The translations under genes and the position numbers were made by a program. From an uncultured Chlamydiae bacterium (GTDB taxonomy: Bacteria; Chlamydiota; Chlamydiia; Chlamydiales; CACLRR01), in NCBI GenBank assembly GCA_902609415.1, contig CACLRR010000004.1:20643-84642 (forward strand): 64,000 bases of DNA. Reading direction: 5' to 3'. Numbering within the stretch: position 1 is the first letter of the stretch; each line of letters starts with the position of its first letter. Under the pieces are notes generated by a model that saw only the letters and a list, made by a program, of their open reading frames with translations, did not search any database and was not told where the DNA came from. Positions 17,511 to 26,386 of the stretch are shown here, one piece after another.

Positions 17511-19017
17511 GGGCAAAGAAGTAAATAGCTGTTGCAAATAGGGCTAAAATCAATAGATCCCAAGGAGCACTAATCCATCCCAACGCTTCTATACCTAGGA
17601 AGTTGTCTACTTCTCCTGGTGGCGTACCAAAAAATGACAGAATAGAGATACCTAAAAGATACACCCACATCCAATGTCCCCTATGTGCGTCTATCAACTT
17701 ACCCTTCATCGTATAAAATAAAATATAGCCAATCAATAATAATATCGTTCCAATCATTGTCCATGGCCATGAAGCCCAATAAATTAACCATGTAGAAACA
17801 ATGAAGGCAACCAATGTAAATAAACTCACAAAAGGCACCTTAAAAGGTCTCTCACTTCCTGGCATCTTCTTTCTCAAAATGGGAACAGATAGCACCGCTG
17901 CCGAATAAGGTACTATAGCTGTTATCGATGCAATCAACGATACACTAGAAAAATGTGGAAGAAGAATCAACACTGCTGATGTTAAAAATGATGAGAAAAA
18001 TAGTGAAATACCAGGAACACCAAAACGATTTAAAAGCTTCATCTTTGAATAAAACAACTCATCAAGAGCCATTGCAAATGGCATTCTACCCTGAAGCAAA
18101 ATCCATGTTCCTCCCGAACCTCCCGTAGCAATCACAGCCCCTATTGTAATCAAAATAGCAACCAAACCTAATTTAGATGATAGAGCTACACTCGCAAGAG
18201 GGAAATCTAAACGACCTATTGCCTTCCAATTATGACTTGCTATAGATAACCCTTCCCAATTAATTAAATTTAAAAAACTATAAGCCACAAGGAGATAACA
18301 ACAAAGAGTGATTAACATTGTCAAAATCATAGCTAAAGGTATTGTTCTCTTTGGATTTTTAACCTCCTCTCCAGGAATGACTATTGATTCAAACCCTGTA
18401 AAAGACCAAAAGAAAAGGGTAACACCTAAAGAAATACCAGCAAAACCATATGGTACAAAAGGCTCAAAATTTCCTACACTACTAGAAGAAAATACACCCA
18501 CAACAATAAATAATATAATCGGTAGCATCTTCCCTATTGTTGTTATAATGCTATAAATCCCCCCCCATCTAACGCCAAAGTAATTTATAAAGGTAAAAAA
18601 CCATACACTAACAAGACCCACCATCGTACCATAAGGTGTCAGGTTTGTTCCTATAGAAAGACCAGGTATATAAAAACCCAAATAGACTACAAAAATCTGA
18701 ATAATTGCTGCTGTTCCTACAAACAAATAGAGAAAATAACCCCATCCCATAACAAAACCAACAAGATCACCCATAGCAAGCCTAGGAAGCGCATAAGGGC
18801 CACCTGTAAGCGGAAATGCGGACCCTAATTCCGCATAACAAAGAGCCAATAGTAATGTAATAGCCCCTGCAATAAAAATTGAAATAAGCATCCCTGGACC
18901 TGCAATTGCCGCCATATTTGCAACCAGGGCAAAAATCCCTGACCCTATTATAGCTCCAAGACCTATACTTACCAAAGTCCATAATCCAATCTGCTTCTTT
19001 AGACCTGCTGCTGCCAT
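17482..19017 (-). CDS. APC-superfamily amino acid/polyamine permease
   Basis: 12+ TM with the GLGAIIGSGIF motif. ATG 19017 has a GAGGA SD. The ORF is open up to TTG 19113. Confidence 0.75.
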   Translation of the reverse strand: MAAAGLKKQIGLWTLVSIGLGAIIGSGIFALVANMAAIAGPGMLISIFIAGAITLLLALCYAELGSAFPLTGGPYALPRLAMGDLVGFVMGWGYFLYLFVGTAAIIQIFVVYLGFYIPGLSIGTNLTPYGTMVGLVSVWFFTFINYFGVRWGGIYSIITTIGKMLPIILFIVVGVFSSSSVGNFEPFVPYGFAGISLGVTLFFWSFTGFESIVIPGEEVKNPKRTIPLAMILTMLITLCCYLLVAYSFLNLINWEGLSIASHNWKAIGRLDFPLASVALSSKLGLVAILITIGAVIATGGSGGTWILLQGRMPFAMALDELFYSKMKLLNRFGVPGISLFFSSFLTSAVLILLPHFSSVSLIASITAIVPYSAAVLSVPILRKKMPGSERPFKVPFVSLFTLVAFIVSTWLIYWASWPWTMIGTILLLIGYILFYTMKGKLIDAHRGHWMWVYLLGISILSFFGTPPGEVDNFLGIEALGWISAPWDLLILALFATAIYFFALSSASSAEE

Positions 19018-19434
19018 AATCTTCTTCCTCACTGTCTGCTGTTTTCGAATCAGCCCATCTGAAGGCAGAACAATAGCAGATCTCTCTAATAATTTGCTCA
19101 CTAATTTTAACAAAATAACAAATGAATCAATGATTTATTCTAACATTAAGAACTTAATCAACATCAATTTATATATTTTTTAATAGAATAATAAAATGGA
19201 GATGATGCTATGTAATAATAACCCGCAAACCCTTTCAATTAATACTCAATAATTTTCTATATTTGGCCTACCCAATCCTCTCATATGAGTATTAAATTCA
19301 ATGACTCGAACTACACTTTTGGTCTTTATTTACTAAACTGCCCTACTCTTCTAGACTATTACTTTTAATAGTATCAATTTCACGTTCTTTTTTATATAAA
19401 CTGGAATAACCAATAATCTGCATAACTGAATAAT

Positions 19435-20052
19435 TCATTTACTCCCATCCGATCTAACTTTTTTTGCAAAAGAATACGATTGACCAATACTTTTTGCAAA
19501 AGTAGTATTGGTCAATCGTATTCTTTCACCAAAATGGCTACGTGTATTTAAATCATAGAATTTATACATAATGCTAGAATCAGACTTAGCTGTGCTACCA
19601 CCTAATTTTTTAATAAGATCTTTAAGGTCAATCCTTTTCTCTCCTTGTATTCTAATTACTTTAGCACTAAGCTCTTTTACGGATCTAATTAAATCACCCT
19701 CTTCTCTAGGTGTCCATCTAGTTGATCCCTTTGGCTTTTCTGGCTCCTTTTTTTTTATGCCTTTTTCTAGTTGATTACTACCTCTTCCTCGATCTAATAC
19801 GCTATCTTCTTTACATCCTCCTCTAAGAGAATTTACAGCAACCGTAGTAACTTTATCGGTAATTCTCTCTGAATTACCTTCAGAAGTATCATCTAAAGGA
19901 TTAGATTTTCCCTCAAATGGATCTACATAACAATTTACCGAGCCTAAGAATGAAAAATCATTGTCAATCTCCATCTCTTTTTCAGTATACAAAGGAGCCA
20001 AAGTATTCCAAAAATCACTAGTTATACGAGTACTTTCCACAATATTCTCCAT
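19435..20052 (-). CDS. hypothetical protein with SANT/Myb-like segment
   Basis: 205-aa ORF. The pattern RWTPREEGDLIRSVKEL...IKKLGGSTAKSDSSIMYKFYDL follows a basic KGIKKKEPEKPKG patch. Confidence 0.5.
   Translation of the reverse strand: MENIVESTRITSDFWNTLAPLYTEKEMEIDNDFSFLGSVNCYVDPFEGKSNPLDDTSEGNSERITDKVTTVAVNSLRGGCKEDSVLDRGRGSNQLEKGIKKKEPEKPKGSTRWTPREEGDLIRSVKELSAKVIRIQGEKRIDLKDLIKKLGGSTAKSDSSIMYKFYDLNTRSHFGERIRLTNTTFAKSIGQSYSFAKKVRSDGSK
19461..19537. repeat. nested palindrome: 22-bp perfect inverted repeat (19470-19491 / 19504-19525) plus two copies of the self-complementary TTTTGCAAAA
   Basis: Read directly. It lies inside the last ~30 codons of the 19435..20052 ORF. Confidence 0.9.
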
Positions 20053-20123
20053 TTTTTTTCTGCCTATTATTGCCTTAAATTCATCTTACAATTCTTATAT
20101 CATTACTTATCAACGATTCTCTC

Positions 20124-21470
20124 CTAAATACACTCTAATAAAACAACCGACTCAATATGTACTGTTTGAACAAACATATCCACCGGTTGGACTTTTCTAA
20201 TTCGATACCCAAATTCATTAGTAAGAATATTACAATCCCTTGCCATTGTTGCTGGATCACATGAAGTATAAATGATCTTTTTTATTGCCCCATTCCCAAA
20301 TGCTTCTAGTAAAGATCTATCACACCCTTTCCTTGGGGGATTTATAAAAGCAACATTGCATCCAGAAATTTTATCTAAATGATCCTCAATCCTACCACAA
20401 ATAAACTCCACTCCACCAAGACCATTATTTATCAAATTCTTTTTTGCATCACAAATTGCGCTTGGCACCACCTCAATCGCCACAGTCTTAATCTGTCGCT
20501 GAGCCATAATTAGTGATAGCAAACCTATTCCACAATAAGCATCTAAAACTACATCATTAGAATTAAGTTCTGCCATCTCAATAGCCACGCTATAGAGAAC
20601 TTCTGCTTGAGATCTATTTACCTGAAAAAAAGCACCTAAGGAAAGCTCTAAATCAAATCCCATAAAACGTATGCCCAACTTATCCTCACCATAGAGAACT
20701 GAGCTCCTTTCATAAGAAACCACATTGGAGCGTCCCTGATTTTCACAGTAGATCACGCCTTTTACTTCATCACAAGCACTTCCCAACTTCTCTGCAAATG
20801 CACACACCTCTTTTGTAGGCTTTCTCATACCAACAAGGCCTACCAACACCTGTCCTTCATCCTCAAAGGACCTAAGTAACAAATGGCGAAGGTCTCCTTT
20901 TGAACTTTTTTCATCGTAAAGTGTTATTTCCCAACGCACCAACTCCTCTCTAATATACTGATAAATCCTGTTCCCTAATTCATTATGGAGCAAGCAATGC
21001 TCAATATCAACTATCTCATGAGATCCTTTTTGGTAAAAACCTATACGTTTTTCTTTTTTTTGCCACATCATGGGAGCTTGAATCTTATTTCTATATCCAA
21101 TCATGCGAGTAGGCGAAAGCACCTTCTCTACAACTACCTCACTTTTTGCTATTCTCTTCATCGCCGATTGTACTTTACTTTGCTTATAAGATAGTTGCGC
21201 TGTTTCACTCATATGCATGATCTGACAACCACCACACCTATCATAATAGGGACACTTCGGAACAACCCTAAAAGGTGCTTTTTTAACCACCTTCTCAAGC
21301 CTTCCTACAGCATAATTGTTTCTCTTTCTAGTAATCCTTACTACTATCTCTTCACCAATCAATCCTCCATCAACAAAGACCTTGAGGCCATCGTAAGTTG
21401 CTACACCTTCCCCCTTTGATGTAAGATCCTCAATATGTAAAGAGATTTGTTGATTTTCATTAAATGTCAT
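20124..21470 (-). CDS. rlmD: 23S rRNA (uracil-5-)-methyltransferase, RumA/RlmD family
   Basis: N-terminal TRAM-like domain, Fe-S cluster cysteines CPYYDRCGGCQIMH, and SAM-MTase motifs (DAYCGIGLLSL; FINPPRKG). Confidence 0.85.
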   Translation of the reverse strand: MTFNENQQISLHIEDLTSKGEGVATYDGLKVFVDGGLIGEEIVVRITRKRNNYAVGRLEKVVKKAPFRVVPKCPYYDRCGGCQIMHMSETAQLSYKQSKVQSAMKRIAKSEVVVEKVLSPTRMIGYRNKIQAPMMWQKKEKRIGFYQKGSHEIVDIEHCLLHNELGNRIYQYIREELVRWEITLYDEKSSKGDLRHLLLRSFEDEGQVLVGLVGMRKPTKEVCAFAEKLGSACDEVKGVIYCENQGRSNVVSYERSSVLYGEDKLGIRFMGFDLELSLGAFFQVNRSQAEVLYSVAIEMAELNSNDVVLDAYCGIGLLSLIMAQRQIKTVAIEVVPSAICDAKKNLINNGLGGVEFICGRIEDHLDKISGCNVAFINPPRKGCDRSLLEAFGNGAIKKIIYTSCDPATMARDCNILTNEFGYRIRKVQPVDMFVQTVHIESVVLLECI

Positions 21471-21485
21471 GCTACTCTTCTGCTT

Positions 21486-22616
21486 ATGGATGTCTCTAAA
21501 TCTTTAAAATTATTTTCAAAGTCCATCTATGTTATAGAACTCACCTTTTTCTTTCTCCTCTTTTGTTCTATCCTTCCCACCTTTATCCAACATAATATCA
21601 CCCACCTCTTCTCTATTGCTCTACTCGTCCTGGCCTGCTGCCAACTTATTTCTCTCTGTGCATCTCCCTTTATACATTCAGTGAATACAACCCTTATAAC
21701 AACTCTCCTTCTATCGATTGTTGGCTACTCACTTTCTATTATTAGCTATGAAAAAAATTCCTTTGCTCTATTCCTTATAGGAGTCATTCTAATTGGCCTA
21801 GGGTATGGAAAGGTTCTTGCACTCTCATCTCAAGATGGCTCCAAAAGTAAAAGCCACTACTTCATCCTTCCCCTATTTGCCTTTTTACTAAGCTTCATCT
21901 TTGGAACCCTCTCACTTAATTTATACAATATAGCCCTCCCCCTTACCTTCCTGTGGATTATTCAGCTTCTCTACCTACTCATCTTTGTTGCACATAAAAA
22001 ATCTACCAAAAACTCACTCCTCTTTCCTATCAACCAAATCTTTACAAGTAAATACCCTATACTGCTTCAACTAGCATCCCTTTCACTATTCACTGCACTC
22101 TTCTCCTTCCTTTTCTATATTCCCTATCATCTTCACTCTCTGTATTCTACAAACACTATCATCTATATTCTCTTCTCCTTTAGCTGCACTGCCCTCCTCT
22201 CTTACCTTTTCCTTGAAAGACTTCTCCTTCCATTAATCTCAAAAACATCTCTACCCCACATCCTTGTTGCCATAGCCCTTCTCTCTTCTGCCATTTCTGT
22301 TATAGTTGCAAACCCGATCCTAAAACTTATTCTTTCATACCTTTTTATCCTTTGTATTCCCAATTCAATACAATATCATTCCAAAACTATAGATAAAACT
22401 CACTTTTCTGCAGGATTTAATCCTAGTCTCTTTGCCTTCTATCTTCAAATTCCTATTGCAAGCATAGTTATTGCCATACTAACCCTAACTATCTCAGATA
22501 TTCTCATCTTCCTTATCATCACCCCAATATCTCTACTCATCTCCCACCTATCTACCCTATTTCTATCCTACCATACAAAGAATCCAAATCTAGAATATGT
22601 CTCACTAGAAAAGTAA
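21486..22616 (+). CDS. hypothetical polytopic membrane protein
   Basis: About 10-12 TM with no recognisable motif. The ORF is open from TTG 21447, which would overlap the rlmD start. ATG 21486 is used here. Confidence 0.5.
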   Translation: MDVSKSLKLFSKSIYVIELTFFFLLFCSILPTFIQHNITHLFSIALLVLACCQLISLCASPFIHSVNTTLITTLLLSIVGYSLSIISYEKNSFALFLIGVILIGLGYGKVLALSSQDGSKSKSHYFILPLFAFLLSFIFGTLSLNLYNIALPLTFLWIIQLLYLLIFVAHKKSTKNSLLFPINQIFTSKYPILLQLASLSLFTALFSFLFYIPYHLHSLYSTNTIIYILFSFSCTALLSYLFLERLLLPLISKTSLPHILVAIALLSSAISVIVANPILKLILSYLFILCIPNSIQYHSKTIDKTHFSAGFNPSLFAFYLQIPIASIVIAILTLTISDILIFLIITPISLLISHLSTLFLSYHTKNPNLEYVSLEK

Positions 22617-22920
22617 AATCCATCTACTACACCTGCGTTCCCTAATCCGCACTTTTATCCATTTTCTTACAAAATACTCGCGCTTTCAGGATCTACACTG
22701 CTCCATATTTCCTATAGTCTTACCGGCCACTGTATGCAGAAGGCACTCTGGCTGATGGTGAAAAAATGATCCTGATCAATGATCGCTTATATGGAAAAAA
22801 ACAGTTTTCTATTTCTCAATTTATACACTTTATTAGACATAATAATAATATGAATTTAACAGAAAGCTATGCTGATCGAACAGCTGTACTATAAAAAATA
22901 TACCTGCTATAGATCAAATC

Positions 22921-23427
22921 ATGGACTCAATTACTGAAGCACTCATCCATACACCCTTATGGGTGTACATTCTATTTATTTACCTTATAATTAAAGGCAT
23001 AAGCGCTAGCAAACCTCAAGTCACCCCCTTAAAAGTGCTCTTCTATATGCCTATTATTTTCCTAGTTCTATCAATAGAAACTCTTGTGACTCTTCCAAAT
23101 CTTAATCTAACCAATGTCATTAATTGGTTTTTAGGTCTTATCATTGGAGGTGTCCTTGGGTGGTTACAAATAAGTAGAGCTAAAATCAAAGTAGATAAAA
23201 AAAAGAAGCTTGTACACTCAGGTGGCAGCTGGACAGTACTCATTATTATTCTTATCATTTTTGTCACAAAATATTACTTCAACTACACCCTTGCCCTCAA
23301 TCCAGAAGTAATAAATAATACGCTTTTTATATTTTCAATGCTTACAGTATCAGGCATATGTAGTGGTGCTTTTATTGGAAGACTTGCCAAATACTTACAT
23401 TACTTTAAAACAGGCCCTTTTATTTAA
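22921..23427 (+). CDS. hypothetical membrane protein
   Basis: 168 aa, about 5 TM. Confidence 0.5.
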   Translation: MDSITEALIHTPLWVYILFIYLIIKGISASKPQVTPLKVLFYMPIIFLVLSIETLVTLPNLNLTNVINWFLGLIIGGVLGWLQISRAKIKVDKKKKLVHSGGSWTVLIIILIIFVTKYYFNYTLALNPEVINNTLFIFSMLTVSGICSGAFIGRLAKYLHYFKTGPFI

Positions 23428-23454
23428 ATAAATTATTTGTTATTATCATCTTCT

Positions 23455-24345
23455 ATGAAAACAACCTCTCTAAAACACCGATCTAAAGATGGAAAGCTTT
23501 TAGAAGCTACCTTTATTCCTACCCAAGGAATGAACCTAATTAGCTATAAAAAAGATGGCATCGAAGTGATTGCTCAATCTACACAAGATCTATTTGATGA
23601 GCGCCTCTCAGGGTTAGGTCCAATCATTGGCCCCCACTTTTATCATAGAAAAGCAAGAGAATTTCCAACAATTGTTGATACGACTATTTTTCCACACCTT
23701 AAAAAGATAGGCTATAAAGCTGGAGAGGAGCCTTTTTCACATGGCATTGGACGCTATGTGCCTTGGAATATTACATCCTCTGACAGCTCAGTGGATGCAA
23801 TGATTTCAGGTATCGATACCTATAGAGGAATCACTCTTGCCGCCCTAGAAGGTTTTGATTTCGAAATGCATTTTAAAGCTCAATTAGATAGTAATGGGTT
23901 GCACATCAAATTCTCAGTAGAAAGTGAAGGCTCCCCTTCTGTCTGTGGACTACACTACTACTATGCTATTGATGACAACAATGCAATTGTAACTATCGAT
24001 TCACAAGGAGAATACAACGACTTAGGTGAATGGAAAAGTATCCCTAATCAATGGCATAATCCCATCACTAAACAGGTGCACTTTGATCTAAAAAATCCAA
24101 GTGACTACGGCTTCATTCCCCCAGATGAACGTCATGGAAAAGCCTTACTAGAAACTAAAGAATACCATCTATCTATTGAGTATTCCTCTCCCACAAACCA
24201 AAATAGCCTCCAACTCTATCACCCTAAGGATAGTAAGTTTGTAGCCATTGAACCAATCTCTGCAAAAAATCCACGGAATGTAACAGCCCTGAAAAGTTCC
24301 ATAGATGTTCATATAGATATCATACCAATGAATAAAGATTCATAA
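23455..24345 (+). CDS. aldose 1-epimerase-family protein
   Basis: Mutarotase-like pattern (GMNLISY...GPIIGPHF...FSHGIGRYVPW...EP). ATG 23455 lies within an ORF open from TTG 23437. Confidence 0.55.
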   Translation: MKTTSLKHRSKDGKLLEATFIPTQGMNLISYKKDGIEVIAQSTQDLFDERLSGLGPIIGPHFYHRKAREFPTIVDTTIFPHLKKIGYKAGEEPFSHGIGRYVPWNITSSDSSVDAMISGIDTYRGITLAALEGFDFEMHFKAQLDSNGLHIKFSVESEGSPSVCGLHYYYAIDDNNAIVTIDSQGEYNDLGEWKSIPNQWHNPITKQVHFDLKNPSDYGFIPPDERHGKALLETKEYHLSIEYSSPTNQNSLQLYHPKDSKFVAIEPISAKNPRNVTALKSSIDVHIDIIPMNKDS

Positions 24346-24805
24346 TAATCACAATATAAAGAAGATAAGTCGCAAGAGTTGTCCCCATCTTCCAAACTCT
24401 AGGGGCACCCCTCTCTTCTACTTTTACCATAAAAAGTCCACATAATAATAAAATAAGCAATCCTATATAACTTACAAGCGACCAAATCTGAATTCCAAGA
24501 CCAAAAAGCTGAACAAAATATGGTGCACTTTCTGGTCCAAGATTAATTAATAGCAACCGCATAGCTGCAACAAATCCACTTAAACCAAACAACAAACATA
24601 AAATATAATATCTTGCCCTAAATCCACACCTGCAAATGATTAAGAAACAGAGCACCATGCCAATGAGACCTGTACGTTGTAAATAACAGAGATAACAAGG
24701 AGTTTCCATTACAACCCATTCAACATATAGAGCAAAATAAAGAATAAGCAAAATAATATAACTCATGCATAAATAAAAAAGAGTCCTTAAGCTGTTAATA
24801 CTCAA
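24320..24805 (-). CDS. DsbB-like membrane protein (single CxxC pair)
   Basis: PCYLCYLQR after TM1 resembles the DsbB/BdbC active site. No second periplasmic Cys pair is present. Confidence 0.4.
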   Translation of the reverse strand: MSINSLRTLFYLCMSYIILLILYFALYVEWVVMETPCYLCYLQRTGLIGMVLCFLIICRCGFRARYYILCLLFGLSGFVAAMRLLLINLGPESAPYFVQLFGLGIQIWSLVSYIGLLILLLCGLFMVKVEERGAPRVWKMGTTLATYLLYIVIIMNLYSLV

Positions 24806-24936
24806 TACAAAGCCTTGGTTATTAAAAGAAATACCTGAACTACTAATGCAGAAAATACAAAAATAAATGGGAAAATTTCTCCCCGTAGCGTAAGTGCTAG
24901 TAAGGCCAGTAAGAATATAAAAAATAGAGCTATCAT
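24802..24936 (-). CDS. possible 44-aa two-TM small protein upstream of the DsbB-like gene
   Basis: ATG preceded by GAGG at 5 nt. MIALFFIFLLALLALTLRGEIFPFIFVFSALVVQVFLLITKALY. Its stop overlaps the TTG start of the next ORF. Confidence 0.25.
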   Translation of the reverse strand: MIALFFIFLLALLALTLRGEIFPFIFVFSALVVQVFLLITKALY

Positions 24937-25000
24937 CTTAACCTCGCTATATGAATTCACAAGAAATAAATCTATTGAATTTTAATTTGTTATCCTTTTG

Positions 25001-26386
25001 ATGGAAAATATGACCAAAAAGAGAGCACAATCAGAATCCATTGAACCAATATATTCAAGACGAAGTCTTGAAGAACCCATACCTAAATATGAACTCTCAG
25101 AAAATGAAATGCTCCCCTCCTCAGCATACAATCTTATCAAGGATGAGTTAATGTTAGACGGAATGTCCCGTCTAAACCTAGCTACTTTTGTCACTACATG
25201 GATGGAACCTGAAGCTATTAAATTGATTCAAGAGACTCTAGATAAAAATATTATCGACAAGGATGAGTACCCTCAGACAGCAGAAATTGAGCAAAGGTGC
25301 CTCTTGATGCTTGCAAAATTATGGAATGCACCAAAAAGTGATCAAACAATAGGATGCTCCACTACTGGATCTTCAGAAGCTGCAATGCTTGCAGGGATGG
25401 CTATGAAATGGAGATGGAGGGCTCGAAGAAAAAAAGAGAAAAAGGGCTACAGTAAACCAAACCTTGTCATGGGTATTAATGTACAGATCTGCTGGGAAAA
25501 ATTTTGTCGATATTGGGATGTGGAAATGAAGCTTCTTCCACTTGAGAAAGGAAGATATTCTCTTTGTCCAAAAAAAGCAATGAAGCTGTGCGATGAAAAT
25601 ACTATCGGTATCATCGGTATCCTAGGAAGCACCTTCACTGGAGAATATGAGAAAATTGAGGAAATCCATACAGAACTAGATAAGCTTAATAAGAAAACAG
25701 GTTGGAATATACCCCTTCATGTTGATGCTGCATCTGGAGGCTTTGTTGCCCCCTTTATTCAAAAGAAACTAAAGTGGGATTTTCGATTAAAGTGGGTATC
25801 ATCCATAAATGCATCAGGTCACAAATATGGTTTAGTCTACCCTGGTGTAGGTTGGGTATTATGGAAAACAAAGAATGACCTACCCGCAGATCTCGTATTC
25901 AATGTCAACTATCTCGGTGGTCAAATGCCCACCTTTGCTCTTAATTTTTCCAGGGGCGGATCTCATGTGATTGCTCAATACTATAATTTCCTAAGACTTG
26001 GTATCAAAGGCTATACGCGTATTCATGATGCATCATCACAAGTAGCTATATATTTAGCCAAAGAAATTGAAAAATTAGGACCTTTTACGATCCTTCACGG
26101 TGGAACAGATCTACCCATTGTTAGTTGGTGTGTAAAAAAGGGTAAATCCTTTGATGTTTTTGCACTCTCAGAACAGCTGCGCCATTTTGGATGGCAAGTG
26201 CCCGCCTATACCCTTCCAGAAAACCTTACCTCAATGTCAATCTGTAGAATTGTAGTAAGGGAAGCTTTCAGCCTAGATATGGCAAATCTACTTCTTCAAC
26301 ACATGGAAACTGTAATCGAAAACCTAGAAAATATAAAACTCAAAAATCCATCAAAAAAGAAAAATTCCTCAACATTCCACCACTAA
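25001..26386 (+). CDS. gad: glutamate decarboxylase (PLP-dependent)
   Basis: IPKYELSENEM...LDGMSRLNLATFVTTWMEPE N-terminus and the PLP-lysine motif SINASGHKYG. Confidence 0.9.
   Translation: MENMTKKRAQSESIEPIYSRRSLEEPIPKYELSENEMLPSSAYNLIKDELMLDGMSRLNLATFVTTWMEPEAIKLIQETLDKNIIDKDEYPQTAEIEQRCLLMLAKLWNAPKSDQTIGCSTTGSSEAAMLAGMAMKWRWRARRKKEKKGYSKPNLVMGINVQICWEKFCRYWDVEMKLLPLEKGRYSLCPKKAMKLCDENTIGIIGILGSTFTGEYEKIEEIHTELDKLNKKTGWNIPLHVDAASGGFVAPFIQKKLKWDFRLKWVSSINASGHKYGLVYPGVGWVLWKTKNDLPADLVFNVNYLGGQMPTFALNFSRGGSHVIAQYYNFLRLGIKGYTRIHDASSQVAIYLAKEIEKLGPFTILHGGTDLPIVSWCVKKGKSFDVFALSEQLRHFGWQVPAYTLPENLTSMSICRIVVREAFSLDMANLLLQHMETVIENLENIKLKNPSKKKNSSTFHH

Noticed and set aside
17482-19113. The APC permease considered as the GadC partner of the glutamate decarboxylase.
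   Set aside because: It lies 6 kb away with unrelated genes between, and its sequence looks like a generic PotE/CAT-type permease (GSGIF motif). There is no evidence for GadC identity from sequence read by eye.
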